Of a stretch of 64,000 nt of DNA, positions 43,580 to 56,959 are shown one piece after another. The DNA is taken from contig OZ231126.1 in NCBI GenBank assembly GCA_965153355.1, positions 12,772,001 to 12,836,000 on the forward strand, given 5' to 3'. The first letter of the stretch is position 1. Every line of letters begins with the position of its first letter. Origin of the DNA: Flaccisagitta enflata. Its lineage: Eukaryota. The notes beneath the pieces were generated by a model. That model was not told where the DNA came from. It saw only the letters and a list, made by a program, of their open reading frames with translations, and did not search any database. The position numbers were made by a program, and so were the translations under genes.

Positions 43580-46500
43580 TGCAGGAAACCATGGACAGCC
43601 AGCCTGGGCCTCCAGGTAACCAGGGAAAGCCAGCCTGGGCCTCCAGGAAACCATGGAGAGCCAGCCTGTTTATCTAGGAAACCATGGACAGCCAGCCTGG
43701 GCATCCAGGAAACCATGGAAAGCCAGCCTGGGCCTCCAGGAAACCATGGACAGCCAGCCTGGGCATCCAGGAAACCATGGACAGCCAGCCTGGGCCTCCA
43801 GGAAACCATGGAAAGCCAGCCTGGGCATCCAGGAAACCATGGACAGCCAGCCTGGGCCTCCAGGAAACCATGGAAAGCCAGCCTGGGCCTTCAGGAAACC
43901 AAGGAGAGCCAGCCTGTTTATCTAAACCATGGAGAGCCATGGAGAGCCATGGAGTTTATCTAAACCATGGAGAACCATGGAGAGCCTGGGCCTCCAGGAA
44001 ACCATGGAAAGCCAGCCTGGGCCTCCAGGAAACCATGGAGAGCCAGCCTAGGCATCCAGGAAACCTTGGACAGCCAGCCTGGGCCTCCAGGAAACCATGG
44101 AAAGCCAGCCTGGGCCTCCAGGAAACCATGGACAGTCAGCCTGGGCTTCCAGGAAACCATGAAAAGCCAGCCTGGCCTCCAGGAAACCATGGAAAGCCAG
44201 CCTGGGCATCGAGGAAACTATGGACAGCCAGCCTGGGCCTCCAGGAAACCATGGAAAGCCAGCCTGGGCCTCCAGGAAACCATGGAGAGCCAGCCTGGGC
44301 ATCCAGGAAACAATGGACAGCCAGCCTGGGCCTCCAGGAAACCATGGAAAGCCAGCCTGGGCCTCCAGGAAACCATGGAGAGCCAGCCTGTTTATCTAAA
44401 CCATGGACAGCCAGCCTGGGCATCCAGGAAACCATGGACAGCCAGCCTGGGCCTCCAGGAAACCATGGAAAGCCAGCCTGGGCCTCCAGGAAACCATGGA
44501 GAGCCAGCCTGGGCATCCAGGAAACCATGGACAGCCAGCCTGGGCCTCCAGGAAACCATGGACAGCCAGCCTGGGCCTCCAGGAAACCATAGAATGCCAG
44601 CCTGGGCCTCCAGGAAACCATGGACAGCCAGCCTGGGCCTCCAGGAAACCATGGAAAGCCAGCCTTGGCCTCCTGGAAACCATGGAAAGCCAGCCTGGGC
44701 ATCCAGGAAACCATGGAGGGCCAGCCTGGGCCTCCAGGAAACTATGGACAGCCAGCCTGGGCCTCCAGGAAACCATGGAGAGCCAGCCTGTTTATCTAAA
44801 CCATGGAGAGCCATGGAAAGCCATGGAGAGCCAGCCTTTTTGGGCAGCGGCCCCAAAGGGCCGATGTCCTGTGGGACACAGGGGGTAATTTCCAGACGTC
44901 CGTCCGTCCATCCGTCCCCCCCCCATTGGTCATCGAGGCCTAAAATCCTCAATTTCAGGCCGGATTTAGACCCTCTAAGCCCTCAAATCAGCCCTCCAGG
45001 CTTCAAATCTGCCCTCCAGACCTCAAATCAGCTCTCCAGGCCTCAAATCAGCTCTCAAGGCCTCAATTCAGCTCTCCAGGCCTCAAATCAGCATTCTTGG
45101 CCTCAAATCAGCCCTCCAGGCCTCCAATCTGCCCCTAATGCCTCAAGCCTACCCCGGATCTCATATCTAATCTTCAGGACCAAAATGTTCCCCTAAACCT
45201 CAAATCCCTCTTAGGCCTGATATATTCCCCCTCAGGACGTCTGGAAATTACCCCCTGTGTCCTACAGGACATCGGCCCTTTGGGGCCGCTGCCCTGCTCT
45301 CACTCCACTACTTCACTTGATTACTCCAAGCAGGGCATCGGGTACCGCTGACCATGTGCAATCCTTGGATGACTAGTTATCTAAACCATGGAGAACCATG
45401 GGAGCCTTGGCCTCCAGCAAACCATGGAAAGCCAGCCTGGGCCTCCAGGAAACCATGGAGGGCCAGCCTGGGCATCCAGGAAACCATGGACAGCCAGCCT
45501 GGGCCTCCAGGAAAACTTGGAAAGCCAGCCTGGGCCTCCAGGAAACCATGGACAGCCAGCCTGGGCCTACAGGAAACCATGGAAAGACAGCCTGGGCCTC
45601 CAGGAAACCATGGAGGGCCAGCCTGGGCATCCAGGAAACCATAGAAAGCCAGCCTGGGCCTCCAGGAAACCATGGAAAGCCAGCCTGGGCCTCCAGGAAA
45701 CCATGGAGGGCCAGCCTGGGCCTCCAGGAAACCATGGAAAGCCAGCCTGGGCCTCCAGGAAATCATGGAGGGACAGCCTGGGCCTCCAGGAAACCAAGGA
45801 GGGCAAGCCTGGGTCTCCAGGAAACTATGGAAGGACAACCTGGGCATCCAGGAAACCATGGACAGCCAGCCTGGGCCTCCAGGAAACCATGGAAGGCCAG
45901 CCTGGGCCTCCAGGAAACCATGGAAAGCAAGCCTGGGCCTCCAGGAAACCATGGAGGGCCAGCCTGGGCATCCAGGAAACCATGGACAGCCAGCCTGGGC
46001 CTCCAGGAAACCATGGAAAGCCAGCCTGGGCCTCCAGGAAACCATGGACAGCCAGCCTGGGCCTCCAGGAAACCATGGAAAGACAGCCTGGGCCTCCAGG
46101 AAACCATGGAAAGACAGCCTGGGCATCCAGGAAACTATGGACAGCCAGCCTGGGCCTCCAGGGAACCATGGAAAGCCAGCCTGGGCCTCCAGGAAACCAT
46201 GGAGGGCCAGCCTGGGCCTCCAGGAAACCATGGACAGCCAGCCTGGACCTTTAGGAAACCATGGAGAGCCAGCCTGTTTATCTAAACCATGGAGAGCCAT
46301 GGAAAGCCATGGAGAGCCAGCCTGTTTATCTAAACCATGGAAAACCATGGGAGCCTTGGCCTCCAGGAAACCATGGACAGCCAGCCTGGGCATTCAGGAA
46401 ACCATGGAAAGCCAGCCTGGGCCTCCAGGAAACCATGGAAAGCCAGCCTTGGCCTCCAGGAAACCATGGAAAGCCAGCCTGGGCCTCCAGGAAACCATGG

Positions 46501-49500
46501 AGGGCCAGCCTGGGCATCCAGGAAACTATGGACAGCCAGCCTGGGCCTCCAGGAAACCATGGAAAGACAGCCTGGGCCTCCAGGAAACCATGGACAGCCA
46601 GCCTGGGCCTCCAGGAAACCATGGAAAGACAGCCTGGGCCTCCAGGAAACCATGGAAAGCCAGCCTGGGCATCCAGGAAACCATGGACAGCCAGCCTGGG
46701 CCTCCAGGAAACCATGGAGGGCCAGCCTGGGCATCCAGGAAACTATGGACAGCCAGCCTGGGCCTCCAGGAAACCATGGAAAGACAGCCTGGGCCTCCAG
46801 GAAACCATGGACAGCTAGCCTGGGCCTCCAGGAAACCATGGAAAGACAGCCTGGGCCTCCAGGAAACCATGGAAAGCCAGCCTGGGCATCCAGGAAACCA
46901 TGGACAGCCAGCCTGGGCCTCCAGGAAACCATGGAAAGCCAGCCTGGGCCTCCAGGAAACCATGGAGGGCCAGCCTGGGCATCCAGGAAACCATGGAAAG
47001 CCAGCCTGGGCCTCCAGGAAACCATGGAAAGCCAGCCTGGGCCTCCAGGAAACCATGGAGGGCCAGCCTGGGCCTCCAGGAAACCATGGAAAGCCAGCCT
47101 GGGCCTCCAGGAAACCATGGAGGGCCAGCCTGGGCCTCCAGGAAACCATGGAAAGCCAGCCTGGGCCTCCAGGAAACCATGGAGGGCCAGCCTGGGCATC
47201 CAGGAAACCATGGAAAGCCAGCCTGGGCCTCCAGGAAACCATGGAAAGCCAGCCTGGGCCTCCAGGAAACCATGGAAAGCCAGCCTGGGCCTCCAGGAAA
47301 CCAAGGAGGGCCAGCCTGGGCATCCAGGAAACCATGGACAGCCAGCCTGGGCCTCCAGGAAACCATGGAAAGCCAGCCTGGGCCTCCAGGAAACCATGGA
47401 CAGCCAGCCTGGGCCTCCAGGAAACCATGGAAAGACAGCCTGGGCCTCCAGGAATCCATGGAAAGCCAGCCTGGGCATCCAGGAAACCATGGACAGCCAG
47501 CCTGGGCCTCCAGGGAACCATGGAAAGCCAGCCTGGGCCTCCAGGAAACCATGGAGGGCCAGCCTGGGCCTCCAGGAAACCATGGACAGCCACCCTGGGC
47601 CTCCAGGAAACCATGGAGAGCCAGCCTGTTTATCTAAACCATGGAGAGCCATGGAAAGCCATGGAGAGCCAGTCTGTTTATCTAAACCATGGAGAACCAT
47701 GGGAGCCTTGGCCTCCAGGAAACCATGGAAAGCCAGCCTGGGCATCCAGGAAACCATGGAAAGCCAGCCTGGGCCTCCAGGAAACCATGGAAAGCCAGCC
47801 TTGGCCTCCAGGAAACCATGGAAAGCCAGCTTGGGCCTCCAGGAAACCATGGAGGGCCAGCCTGGGCATCCAGGAAACCATGGACAGCCAGCCTGGGCCT
47901 CCAGGAAACCATGGAAAGCCAGCCTGGGCCTCCAGGAAACCATGGACAGCCAGCCTGGGCCTCCAGGAAACCATGGAAAGCCAGCCTGGGCCTCCAGGAA
48001 ACCATGGAAAGCCAGCCTGGGCATCCAGGAAACCATGGACAGCCAGCCTGGGCCTCCAGGAAACCATGGAAAGCCAGCCTGGGCCTCCAGGAAACCATGG
48101 ACAGCCAGCCTGGTCCTCCAGGAAACCATGGAAAGCCAGCCTGGGCATCCAGGAAACCATGGACAGCCAGCCTGGGCCTCCAGGAAACCATGGAAAGCCA
48201 GCCTGGGCCTCCAGGAAACCATGGAGAGCCAGCCTGTTTATCTAAACCATGGAGAGCCATGGAGAGCCATGGAGAGCCAGCCTGTTTATCTAAACCTTGG
48301 AGAACCATGGGAGCCTTGGCCTCCAGAAAACCATGGAAAGCCAGCCTGGGCCTCCAGGAAACCATGGAGGGCCAGCCTTGGCATCCAGGAAACCATGGAC
48401 AGCCAGCCTGGGCCTCCAGGAAACCATGGAAAGCCAGCCTGGGCCTCCAGGAAACCATGGAGGGCCAGCCTGGGCCTCCAGGAAACCATGGAAAGCCAGC
48501 CTGGGCCTCCAGGAAACCATGGAGGGCCAGCCTGGGCCTCCAGGAAACCATGGAAAGCCAGCCTGGGCCTCCAGGAAACCATGGAGGGCCAGCCTGGGCA
48601 TCCAGGAAACCATGGAGGGCCAGCCTGGGCATCCAGGAAACCATGGAAAGCCAGCCTGGGCCTCCAGGAAACCATGGAAAGCCAGCCTGGGCCTCCAGGA
48701 AACCATGGAAAGCCAGCCTGGGCCTCCAGGAAACCATGGAGGGCCAGCCTGGGCATCCAGGAAACCATGGACAGCCAGCCTGGGCCTCCAGGAAACCATG
48801 GAAAGCCAGCCTGGGCCTCCAGGAAACCATGGACAGCCAGCCTGGGCCTCCAGGAAACCATGGAAAGACAGCCTGGGCCTCCAGGAAACCATGGAAAGCC
48901 AGCCTGGGCATCCAGGAAACCATGGACAGCCAGCCTGTGCCTCCAGGGAACCATGGAAAGCCAGCCTGGGCCTCCAGGAAACCATGGAGGGCCAGCCTGG
49001 GCCTCCAGGAAACCATGGACAGCCACCCTGGGCCTCCAGGAAACCATGGAGAGCCAGCCTGTTTATCTAAACCATGGAGAGCCATGGAAAGCCATGGAGA
49101 GCCAGCCTGTTTATCTAAACCATGGAGAACCATGGGAGCCTTGGCCTCCAGGAAACCATGGACAGCCAGCCTGGGCATCCAGGAAACCATGGAAAGCCAG
49201 CCTGGGCCTCCAGGAAACCATGGAAAGCCAGCCTTGGCCTCCAGGAAACCATGGAAAGCCAGCTTGGGCCTCCAGGAAACCATGGAGGGCCAGCCTGGGC
49301 ATCCAGGAAACCATGGACAGCCAGCCTGGGCCTCCAGGAAACCATGGAAAGACAGCCTGGGCCTCCAGGAAACCATTGACAGCCAGCCTGGGCCTCCAGG
49401 AAACCATTGAAAAACAGCCTGGGCCTCCAGGAAACCTTGGAAAGCCAGCCTGGGCATCCAGGAAACCATGGACAGCCAACCTGGGCCTCCAGGAAACCAT

Positions 49501-50078
49501 GGAAAGCCAGCCTGGGCCTCCAGGAAACCATGGACAGCCAGCCTGGTCCTCCAGGAAACCATGGAAAGCCAGCCTGGGCATCCAGGAAACCATGGACAGC
49601 CAGCCTTAGCCTCCAGGAAACCATGGAAAGCCAGCCTGGGCCTCCAGGAAACCATGGAGAGCCAGCCTGTTTATCTAAACCATGGAGAGCCATGGAAAGC
49701 CATGGAGAGCCAGCCTGTTTATCTAAACCTTGGAGAACCATGGGAGCCTTGGCCTCCAGAAAACCATGGAAAGCCAGCCTGGGCCTCCAGGAAACCATGG
49801 AGGGCCAGCCTTGGCATCCAGGAAACCATGGACAGCCAGCCTGGGCCTCCAGGAATCCATGGAAAGCCAGCCTGGGCCTCCAGGAAACCATGGACAGCCA
49901 GCCTGGGCCGCCAGGAAACCATGGAAAGACAGCCTTGGCCTCCAGGAAATCATGGACAGCCAGCCAGGGCATCCAGGAAACCATGGACAGCCAGCCTGGG
50001 CCTCCAGGAAACCATGGAAAGCCAGCCTGGGCCTCCAGGAAACCATGGACAGCCAGCCTGGGCCTCCAGGAAACCATG
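43580..50078. repeat. 31-bp tandem satellite/minisatellite, consensus CCAGGAAACCATGGAAAGCCAGCCTGGGCCT
   Basis: Head-to-tail 31-mers over ~6.5 kb, varying mainly just after ATGGA (AA/CA/GA/GG) and at GGCCT/GGCAT, punctuated by GTTTATCTAAAC variant blocks. Confidence 0.97.
44837..45376 (+). mobile_element. Helentron/HINE-like non-autonomous element (family B) inserted in the 31-bp satellite
   Basis: TTTTTGGGCAGCGGCCCCAAAGGGCC start, ~60-bp asymmetric subterminal inverted repeat, internal ~20-bp repeats, ends GACTAG before TT, no TSD. Same family as 41357-41868. Confidence 0.75.
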
Positions 50079-52614
50079 ATTTGTATACACATGCAAATGA
50101 GATAGAAGGACCCAAATTCAAGGTGGCGTGAGGACTATGCAAATTGAAGAAATGGGTCAGTCTTTGGTTTTAAACCTCAGTATAGACACTAATTCAATAG
50201 ATTGTGGTCAAGTTTTGACTTGGAATGATCATTTGATAAAAAAATTTGACCCCAAAAATTTGCCTCTGCATTTGGCATGTTTTTCTATTTTCCTAATTAT
50301 CATGATTTTGACGCTTTTTTAAGCGCTTGTATGGGATTATTTTATGCTGAAATCAACTGAGACATATGCTAAAATGTTTTTAGCAAGTGTTTCCTTCAGA
50401 TTTAGGTCCGTTTTCAAAAGAAAAAAATTGTCATACCGCTGGCTATCACCAGCCACATCCCAGGGTGCGACAGACCAACGGACCAACGGACCAACAGACG
50501 GATGGACGGACAAACAGACGGACAAAGCCTCTTGTAGAGTTGCGTGTCCTTAACTAAAAAAGTTGAGAAACAAAGATGAAATTTCAAACCAGTAGAATCA
50601 TTGTTCTTTTAAAAAAAAAGTTGGAGCCTTGTACCTTGTCTAACTGTTTTTATCAGTGATACGCACAAAACTATAAAGGTTGGATGGTTGGTTTATAAGC
50701 TTAGCCATCTGCACCAGTCACTCATTTTTTTTACTTAATCTGAGATTTTGTCTTGCCAATCCTGCCACAGTTCTTTTGTCACCTTCTTCCTCACCGCCCC
50801 TGCCCACTGGCATGGACTTGTATTATTTTTGATTAGTGGGAATGCTATTCTTGATGTTTTACCTTCATTTATTGGTATTGGACACAAGAAATAGTATGGC
50901 ATTTCCATTTTGACCATTTTCAACCATTTCTTTCATCCTTAGATCTTATTCCGGACAGTTCCCTGGATCTCCTAGAGGCAAAAGCTTTGAGAGTTATGCT
51001 CAGTGGACGTAATGGAAGTCCCCATTTGATGCCGTAGAAAGCAAAAAAATTAGGTCATGTAGTAACCGTTTTATTGTCGAGTCCTATCTTTAGACTATCA
51101 GAGCTAGAGTTGGGTCTCGGGACTAGAATTTGGGCCTCTGAGCTGGGGGGGGGGTACGGAAGGAGGAGGAAAAGGAGGAGGAGAAAATTCCCCATATGTG
51201 TGAAAGCATAGGCCATTGACCCCTTCGGAGCCGCTGCCCTGCTTCCCCTTCAACTTCAAGCACAACCTACTAGGGCAGGGCACGGGTATCGCTGACCATC
51301 TAACGCTTTTGCGACTTTTACTTTTTTGGGGTTTTTGAGCTTTTTGAGCATACTACTCCTGCCCAGATGCCCTGGTGACCTTCTTCAGCACTGCTCCTGC
51401 CCACCTGCATGCAACTAGGGTAGCTGTGTATCCCGCCTTGTTTTTCCAATGAGCACATTTTCTTTTCCCCTCTGTTTCTGTAAAAACAACTTTTTGTCAC
51501 TGTCATTGTCTTCAGTATTGTTGTTTTTGTTGCTGTTGTTGTTTTTGTTGTTGTTGTTGCTGTTGTTGTTGTTGTAGTGGGTGTTGTTTTTTCCTGGGGA
51601 GTTGTTGTCTCATTGTCTTCTCAGGTAATTGTAAGTTTTGTAACATATCTTGTAAATTGAGGATTAAAAGTGGGACAAGTCACTAAAGTCAGCAACTTCA
51701 GGACATAACAGAGTCGTTAAAATCAGCAAGTTTGGAACCATTAGAATGGTATTGCGCAAAAGGGGATTGAAATCGTTAAAATCAGTGAAATTACTGAAAT
51801 CAGTAAAATCGCTGAAATTAACGACTTAAACGCTCAAAACTTTTTTTCGCCATTTTGTCCCGTTTTGAGAGGATAAGTATCCAATTTTTTTTTGCTGTTA
51901 TCAACATCACCTAAAGGGGCAACTTTGCTGAGAAAATGGTGAAATTTGAAGATGACGTATTTTGAGAAAAAAATGAAAAAGTGTTTTAGCTCTATTTTTT
52001 TCTGAGCCACTTCCTCCCTCATTTTGTCATTTTTTGAAAAGGCAATCAATAAAAAAATTTTGCCAATGGTTTTTCAAACATCTGCAGCATTTTTGCTAAC
52101 AAGAACCAGGAAGCGTGAGGATTTTTTAGTGTGAGAAAGCAGAAAAAAATGTAAAAACATCCTGACACTACCTGCTTAAAAAGTGAGCTTTGAAATCAGT
52201 GAAGTCGTTAACTTCAGAACAAGTGATGGTTTTGCTCGTCAGGACAACATTGACAAGCTTATCTCCAATCTAGTATGTAATGCACATGATTACCTATGAG
52301 TAATACTAAAAAGATAGCAGCATCCTCTAAGATTGAACCGGTGGCAACAATACCAAGCAAGAGAAAGGGCAGTTTTTACCAGAAAAAAAAAAGATTTATA
52401 GGAAATTCATGTATATTGATACCCATGCATCTTAACCCAGGGGTAAGGGACAAATTACAATTCAGACATCTACATCCAGTGAGGGAGGTGAAAATACTAC
52501 TGTTGATACAGAATTAAAACAAGCCCGAACTGGCAACGATGCGTCCAGACTATGTCTCTGCGTGTATTGATCATGTGACATAAATGGACGGTGAAACAGA
52601 CAGACGTCCGTCAA

Positions 52615-52806
52615 GAGTAGTAATAGAGGCTCTCAAAACATGTTTGTCTCTCAGTAGATTCAGTGTAGGATCTCATCGTTGCCAAAAACAGCCGAAAATC
52701 GCGGTTTTTGCACAGGCGTAACAGACGGACGGACCGACCGACGGACGGACGGACGGACGGACGGACGGACAGACCCTCTTATAGAGATGCGAGGACGCAT
52801 CTAAAA
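52615..52806 (-). mobile_element. Family A HINE-like element, same subfamily as 1-191
   Basis: Shares CTCAAAACATGTTTG...CGCGGTTTTTGCACAGG..(GGAC)n..CCCTCTTATAGAGATGC...GCATCTAAAAA with the window start. Confidence 0.7.
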
Positions 52807-54115
52807 AAAGGGGGGGGGGGATATTGAAACCGGGAATACTCAGAGGAGCAACGGTAAAAAATGTTTAGTAGACTGAGAGACTGAAAACGACAAAAAGAAA
52901 GAAAAAAAAAGAACAAAACAAAACAGAACAAAACGAAACAGAAGAAAAAAAAAAACAAAACATTTTTTAGAAATCTTTTATAGGAACCATAAGAAAATGA
53001 TACTTTAACAGGAAATGCTTAAATTTTGCATTGAAAAATAAGGAACAATATACACAGACACAAAAGGAAAAAAAAACAGACTTGAAACACTCAAAAAAAA
53101 ACAAAAACAAAAAACAAAAAAAAAAAAAAAAAAAAAACAAGGCCAAATAGACCAATCAGATGCGACGTGCGGATAATCATACAAATGCGTTATTGACCGA
53201 TTGACCAACAGACACAGCCAGTTTTAGAGGTGCTGTGTCGCACCTAAAAATTACATGGTGCTATTGATTTTTCTCACCCCTACTGAGCGAGGGATAATCT
53301 GATCATTACGGAATACATTTTTTTTTGAAAATGCTCACAATAACAAGTAGTCTTGACGCCATATAGAAGATGGGAATAGTGCCTAGTAGTAGTAGTCTCT
53401 TTGTTGCACTCAGGACACCGATGTCAGTGTTTCAATTGGCTCTGTGATGAATATTAAGCTCTGTTGAATCCGCGGTTATGCAATTGTTTCCCATAGCATT
53501 GCATGGTGAGACTAACTAATGCTGCCCATATCCATCCACTTTGTTGGAAAAATTTTTTCATACGCATGATGATTGCAGAATGTGGAAAAGCCATTGGTGA
53601 TGAAAATTTTTGAGGAAAATCCGCATGAACTTGATACAAAAGTGTGATTGACTTGTGCATGGATACTTTTAGACAGGCATGATAAAACAGTTGGCAAAAT
53701 ATTGCCTTATCACATCATGACCACCTAGTACTAGAAGTAAACAAATGTGTTCTCCTAAAATGTTTTGAGTCTGTGAAACGAACATGTATCAAAATTGTAA
53801 TCTGTCGCCCATGAAAACATGGAGAAATCACCTGTTTACATCGTTATCAAAATACCAGCAAATTGGAGGCAGCTTGAGTAGAATTTTCACAAAAAGCGTC
53901 CTAGCATCATTGTGAAAAAGGACAGGAGAGAACCTTAAATGAGGGGAAAAAAAAAGAAAGAAAAAAAGAAACAAAGAAATTTAAAAACAAGGAATCAAAG
54001 GAAACAAAGGAAAAAATGAAAGTAGAAGGAAAAACAAAGAAAGAAAGAAGGAAAAAAAAAGAAACAAAGAAGGAAGGAAAGAAAGAAAGATAGAAAGAAA
54101 GAAAGACAGAAAATA

Positions 54116-54211
<96 letters not shown>

Positions 54212-54434
54212 AAAAAGAAGAAGGAAAGCAAGGAGGTAAAATGAGAGAAAAGTGGAGTTAGATAAGACAGAGTAGAGTCGAAAAAGAAATTGTAAAAAGA
54301 AAAAAATAGACAAATTCGGTCTTTGTCCATCTCCTTAATCTTAGTTGACAAAGGAATTTAAAGATTGAGATAAAGGGTGACTCTTCCTGCATCAACAACG
54401 ACGACAACAACAACAGCAATAACAGCAACAACAG

Positions 54435-54554
<120 letters not shown>

Positions 54555-55999
54555 CTGAATCACACAGATATTGATGTTCAATCCAGATTTCAAAACCTGG
54601 TATAATAAACTGAAAAAAAAAATTGAGTGGCTTAGGCTCTTAGCTGATGAGCACATATGGCTTTGCAGTTAGCACATACCTTGTATCAATGTTCATTTGT
54701 TGGAACACATTAAAAAGGACCATACAATTGCTAAAGTGTATTTGCTCCCATGGCAAACAGTACCTTAGTAACATTGTAGTCCTTAAATAAGAATTCTTTC
54801 TTTAATGGAATATCACCAACCTGGACCAAATACCTTCCACCTTTGTGCCAAATCTAAGGTTGATTTGGACAATTCTTAATAACAATGCAGCTAAACAAAA
54901 AAAAATTGTTCACCGAAACAATGAAACATTACAGAGCGGGCCCAAAAGGACAATTTTGAATAAATTATGTATGGATGCCTGTCTTCTGGGTAAGATGGTG
55001 ACGGCTGAGAGGTCAGAGCAAATAAAACCAAGAAAAATCTAATAATTGCCGGCAATAGCATAACTTATATCTGAGGCTCAATAGCATCAGCAGCCATAAT
55101 CGCCTCTTTCCCCGGACAGAGCCACCGTACCAATCACATGAATCAATAAACCTGTTCTGCATGTGTCTACATTGAGGCAAGCAATCAAATTGGACTCCTA
55201 TTAGTCTATCCGAATAATCTCTATTTCTGTGGTGTTGACTGCTTAGGTAAACAAAAACTGTCAAATGAGTCAGTTGATTCTGTTTAAAACACTGTGTACA
55301 GTTCACCGACAAACATTTTTTTCTCCATGTTTCAAAAAACAGCACAATTTGCCAAAGATGGCTAGATAGCCATATCCCTCTTTAAGGCTAAAGGGGACCT
55401 CAAATTGAAATATAAAGGAAAAAGTACTGAGGTTCTGTTCTCAGCTATATTAGAAAAGAAAATGCCAAAATTGGGAAAAATCAAGAAACAATCAGAATTT
55501 CATGGACCTGGACCAACCCCAAGGGTCTATCAGGATAGACACCAACCAACATAGAAGAAAGAAGATCATAGAAGAAGAAGGACAAGTCCAACTGGGATGA
55601 AGAAACAGGAAGATCAAAGGACCAGAAACAAGATTAATTGGGGAATATTGAGGGATTTTGGGGATGGGCGTTGAATTATATTCTATATTAGGGCGGGCTG
55701 AATTTTTGATTTGTTGAATTTTCTGTATTACTATTACTGTTAATTTTCCTTATTGCATTGATTGTCTGTTGCAGTAATGATGTCAGTCTGATCCCAATGA
55801 ACTCAGGTGGCAGCTGCTCATGTTTTAACTCACCATGCCAAGCATTGTAATCTTAACTTGCCTTAGTTTGCACCTTACCCGGGGGTATGCTATAGATATG
55901 CGATGGACTTTTCCTGTTAGTCAGTGGTTATTTTACGTCGGTCATTTGTTGATCTGCGTTGGTCGGAGTTCCCGGCCATCTGGTGGTTATTTTGCTCTT

Positions 56000-56300
56000 T
56001 CAGCGTATCAGTACGGTCATCAGCGTATCAGTACGCTCATTCAGCGTATCAATACGCTCACCCAATGCGCTCATTCAGCGTACCAATACGCTCAGCAGCG
56101 TATCAATACGCTCAGCAGCGTATCAATACGCTCACCAGCGTCTTTGCGAGGTGGGCGTCGTGGACACGCCCACAGCGTCTTGCGACGTGGACGTTGTGGA
56201 TATGCCCCCACAGCGTGTCAATACGCTCCACAGCGTATCCAGACGCTCCACAGCGTATTCATACGCACCACAGCGCATTCATACGCTCACACAGCGCTAT
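56000..56300. repeat. Tandem array of ~20-bp palindromic units CAGCGTATCAATACGCTC
   Basis: The best units contain the inverted repeat AGCGTAT-CA-ATACGCT; about a dozen degenerate copies. Confidence 0.85.
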
Positions 56301-56341
56301 GGCGACGCTAGCGTCATGGCAACGCCCTAGGCATTGATGGG

Positions 56342-56376
56342 TATAAAAGGAGGCGCACCAAACATTGAAGTCATTC
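56342..56376 (+). promoter_or_regulatory. Candidate TATA + initiator core promoter
   Basis: GGGTATAAAAGG (TATA at 56342) and TCATTC Inr (A at 56373), a canonical ~31-nt spacing. Confidence 0.5.
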
Positions 56377-56959
56377 CATGCTTAACCTTTATAGGTGATG
56401 CATGTCGCTCCGTTCATGATTAATTGGTAAATTAATTCATACCACCTAAAAACTCGTGACCTTGTCACACAAAACAAAACCTTGTCCAATCCTTGGACTT
56501 ATCTGCGCCTCCACTTTATATTCTGCCTTTGACATACGAAACTTCTGCTTTATCCCAACCTACACTTGGCTCTAGCTAAAAACATACACTTCAAAAACCT
56601 GTACTTACTTAAAATAACCACTGTGTAGTCATCAGTTAATATTTGTTGTTTAGTTAAACTCATCCCTTAGTTAAAGGTACAAAATAGAGGCAAGAGAAGA
56701 GTAGTAAATTGTGTAAGTTGTGTTATTAATATCATTATATGTACGAAACTTAATTGATGAGTAGTTATTAGAGTTAACTGGGTAGCTAAAGTGAATTAGG
56801 GTATTTAGTCCCGGCCCTAGGCCACTTTACAGCAGTTACCTATCTAACAGAAATTCAACAAATTACCCGAGGACAACATTGGTAAGAAACCATACCCTTA
56901 TAGGATAGAAGCGAGGTCAAACTAATTGCGACCGCCGGACATTCTAACCCAAGGTTCTG

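Noticed and set aside
43580..50078. CRISPR-like array or collagen-like gene (31-bp repeats, GPPG-containing ORFs up to 1090 aa)
   Set aside because: There are no unique spacers and no cas genes, and no Gly-X-Y periodicity. The same peptide appears in all three frames, which is the arithmetic result of a stop-free 31-bp unit.
52300..52500. Possible Penelope GIY-YIG C-terminal remnant
   Set aside because: The resemblance is too weak and frameshifted to support without a profile search.
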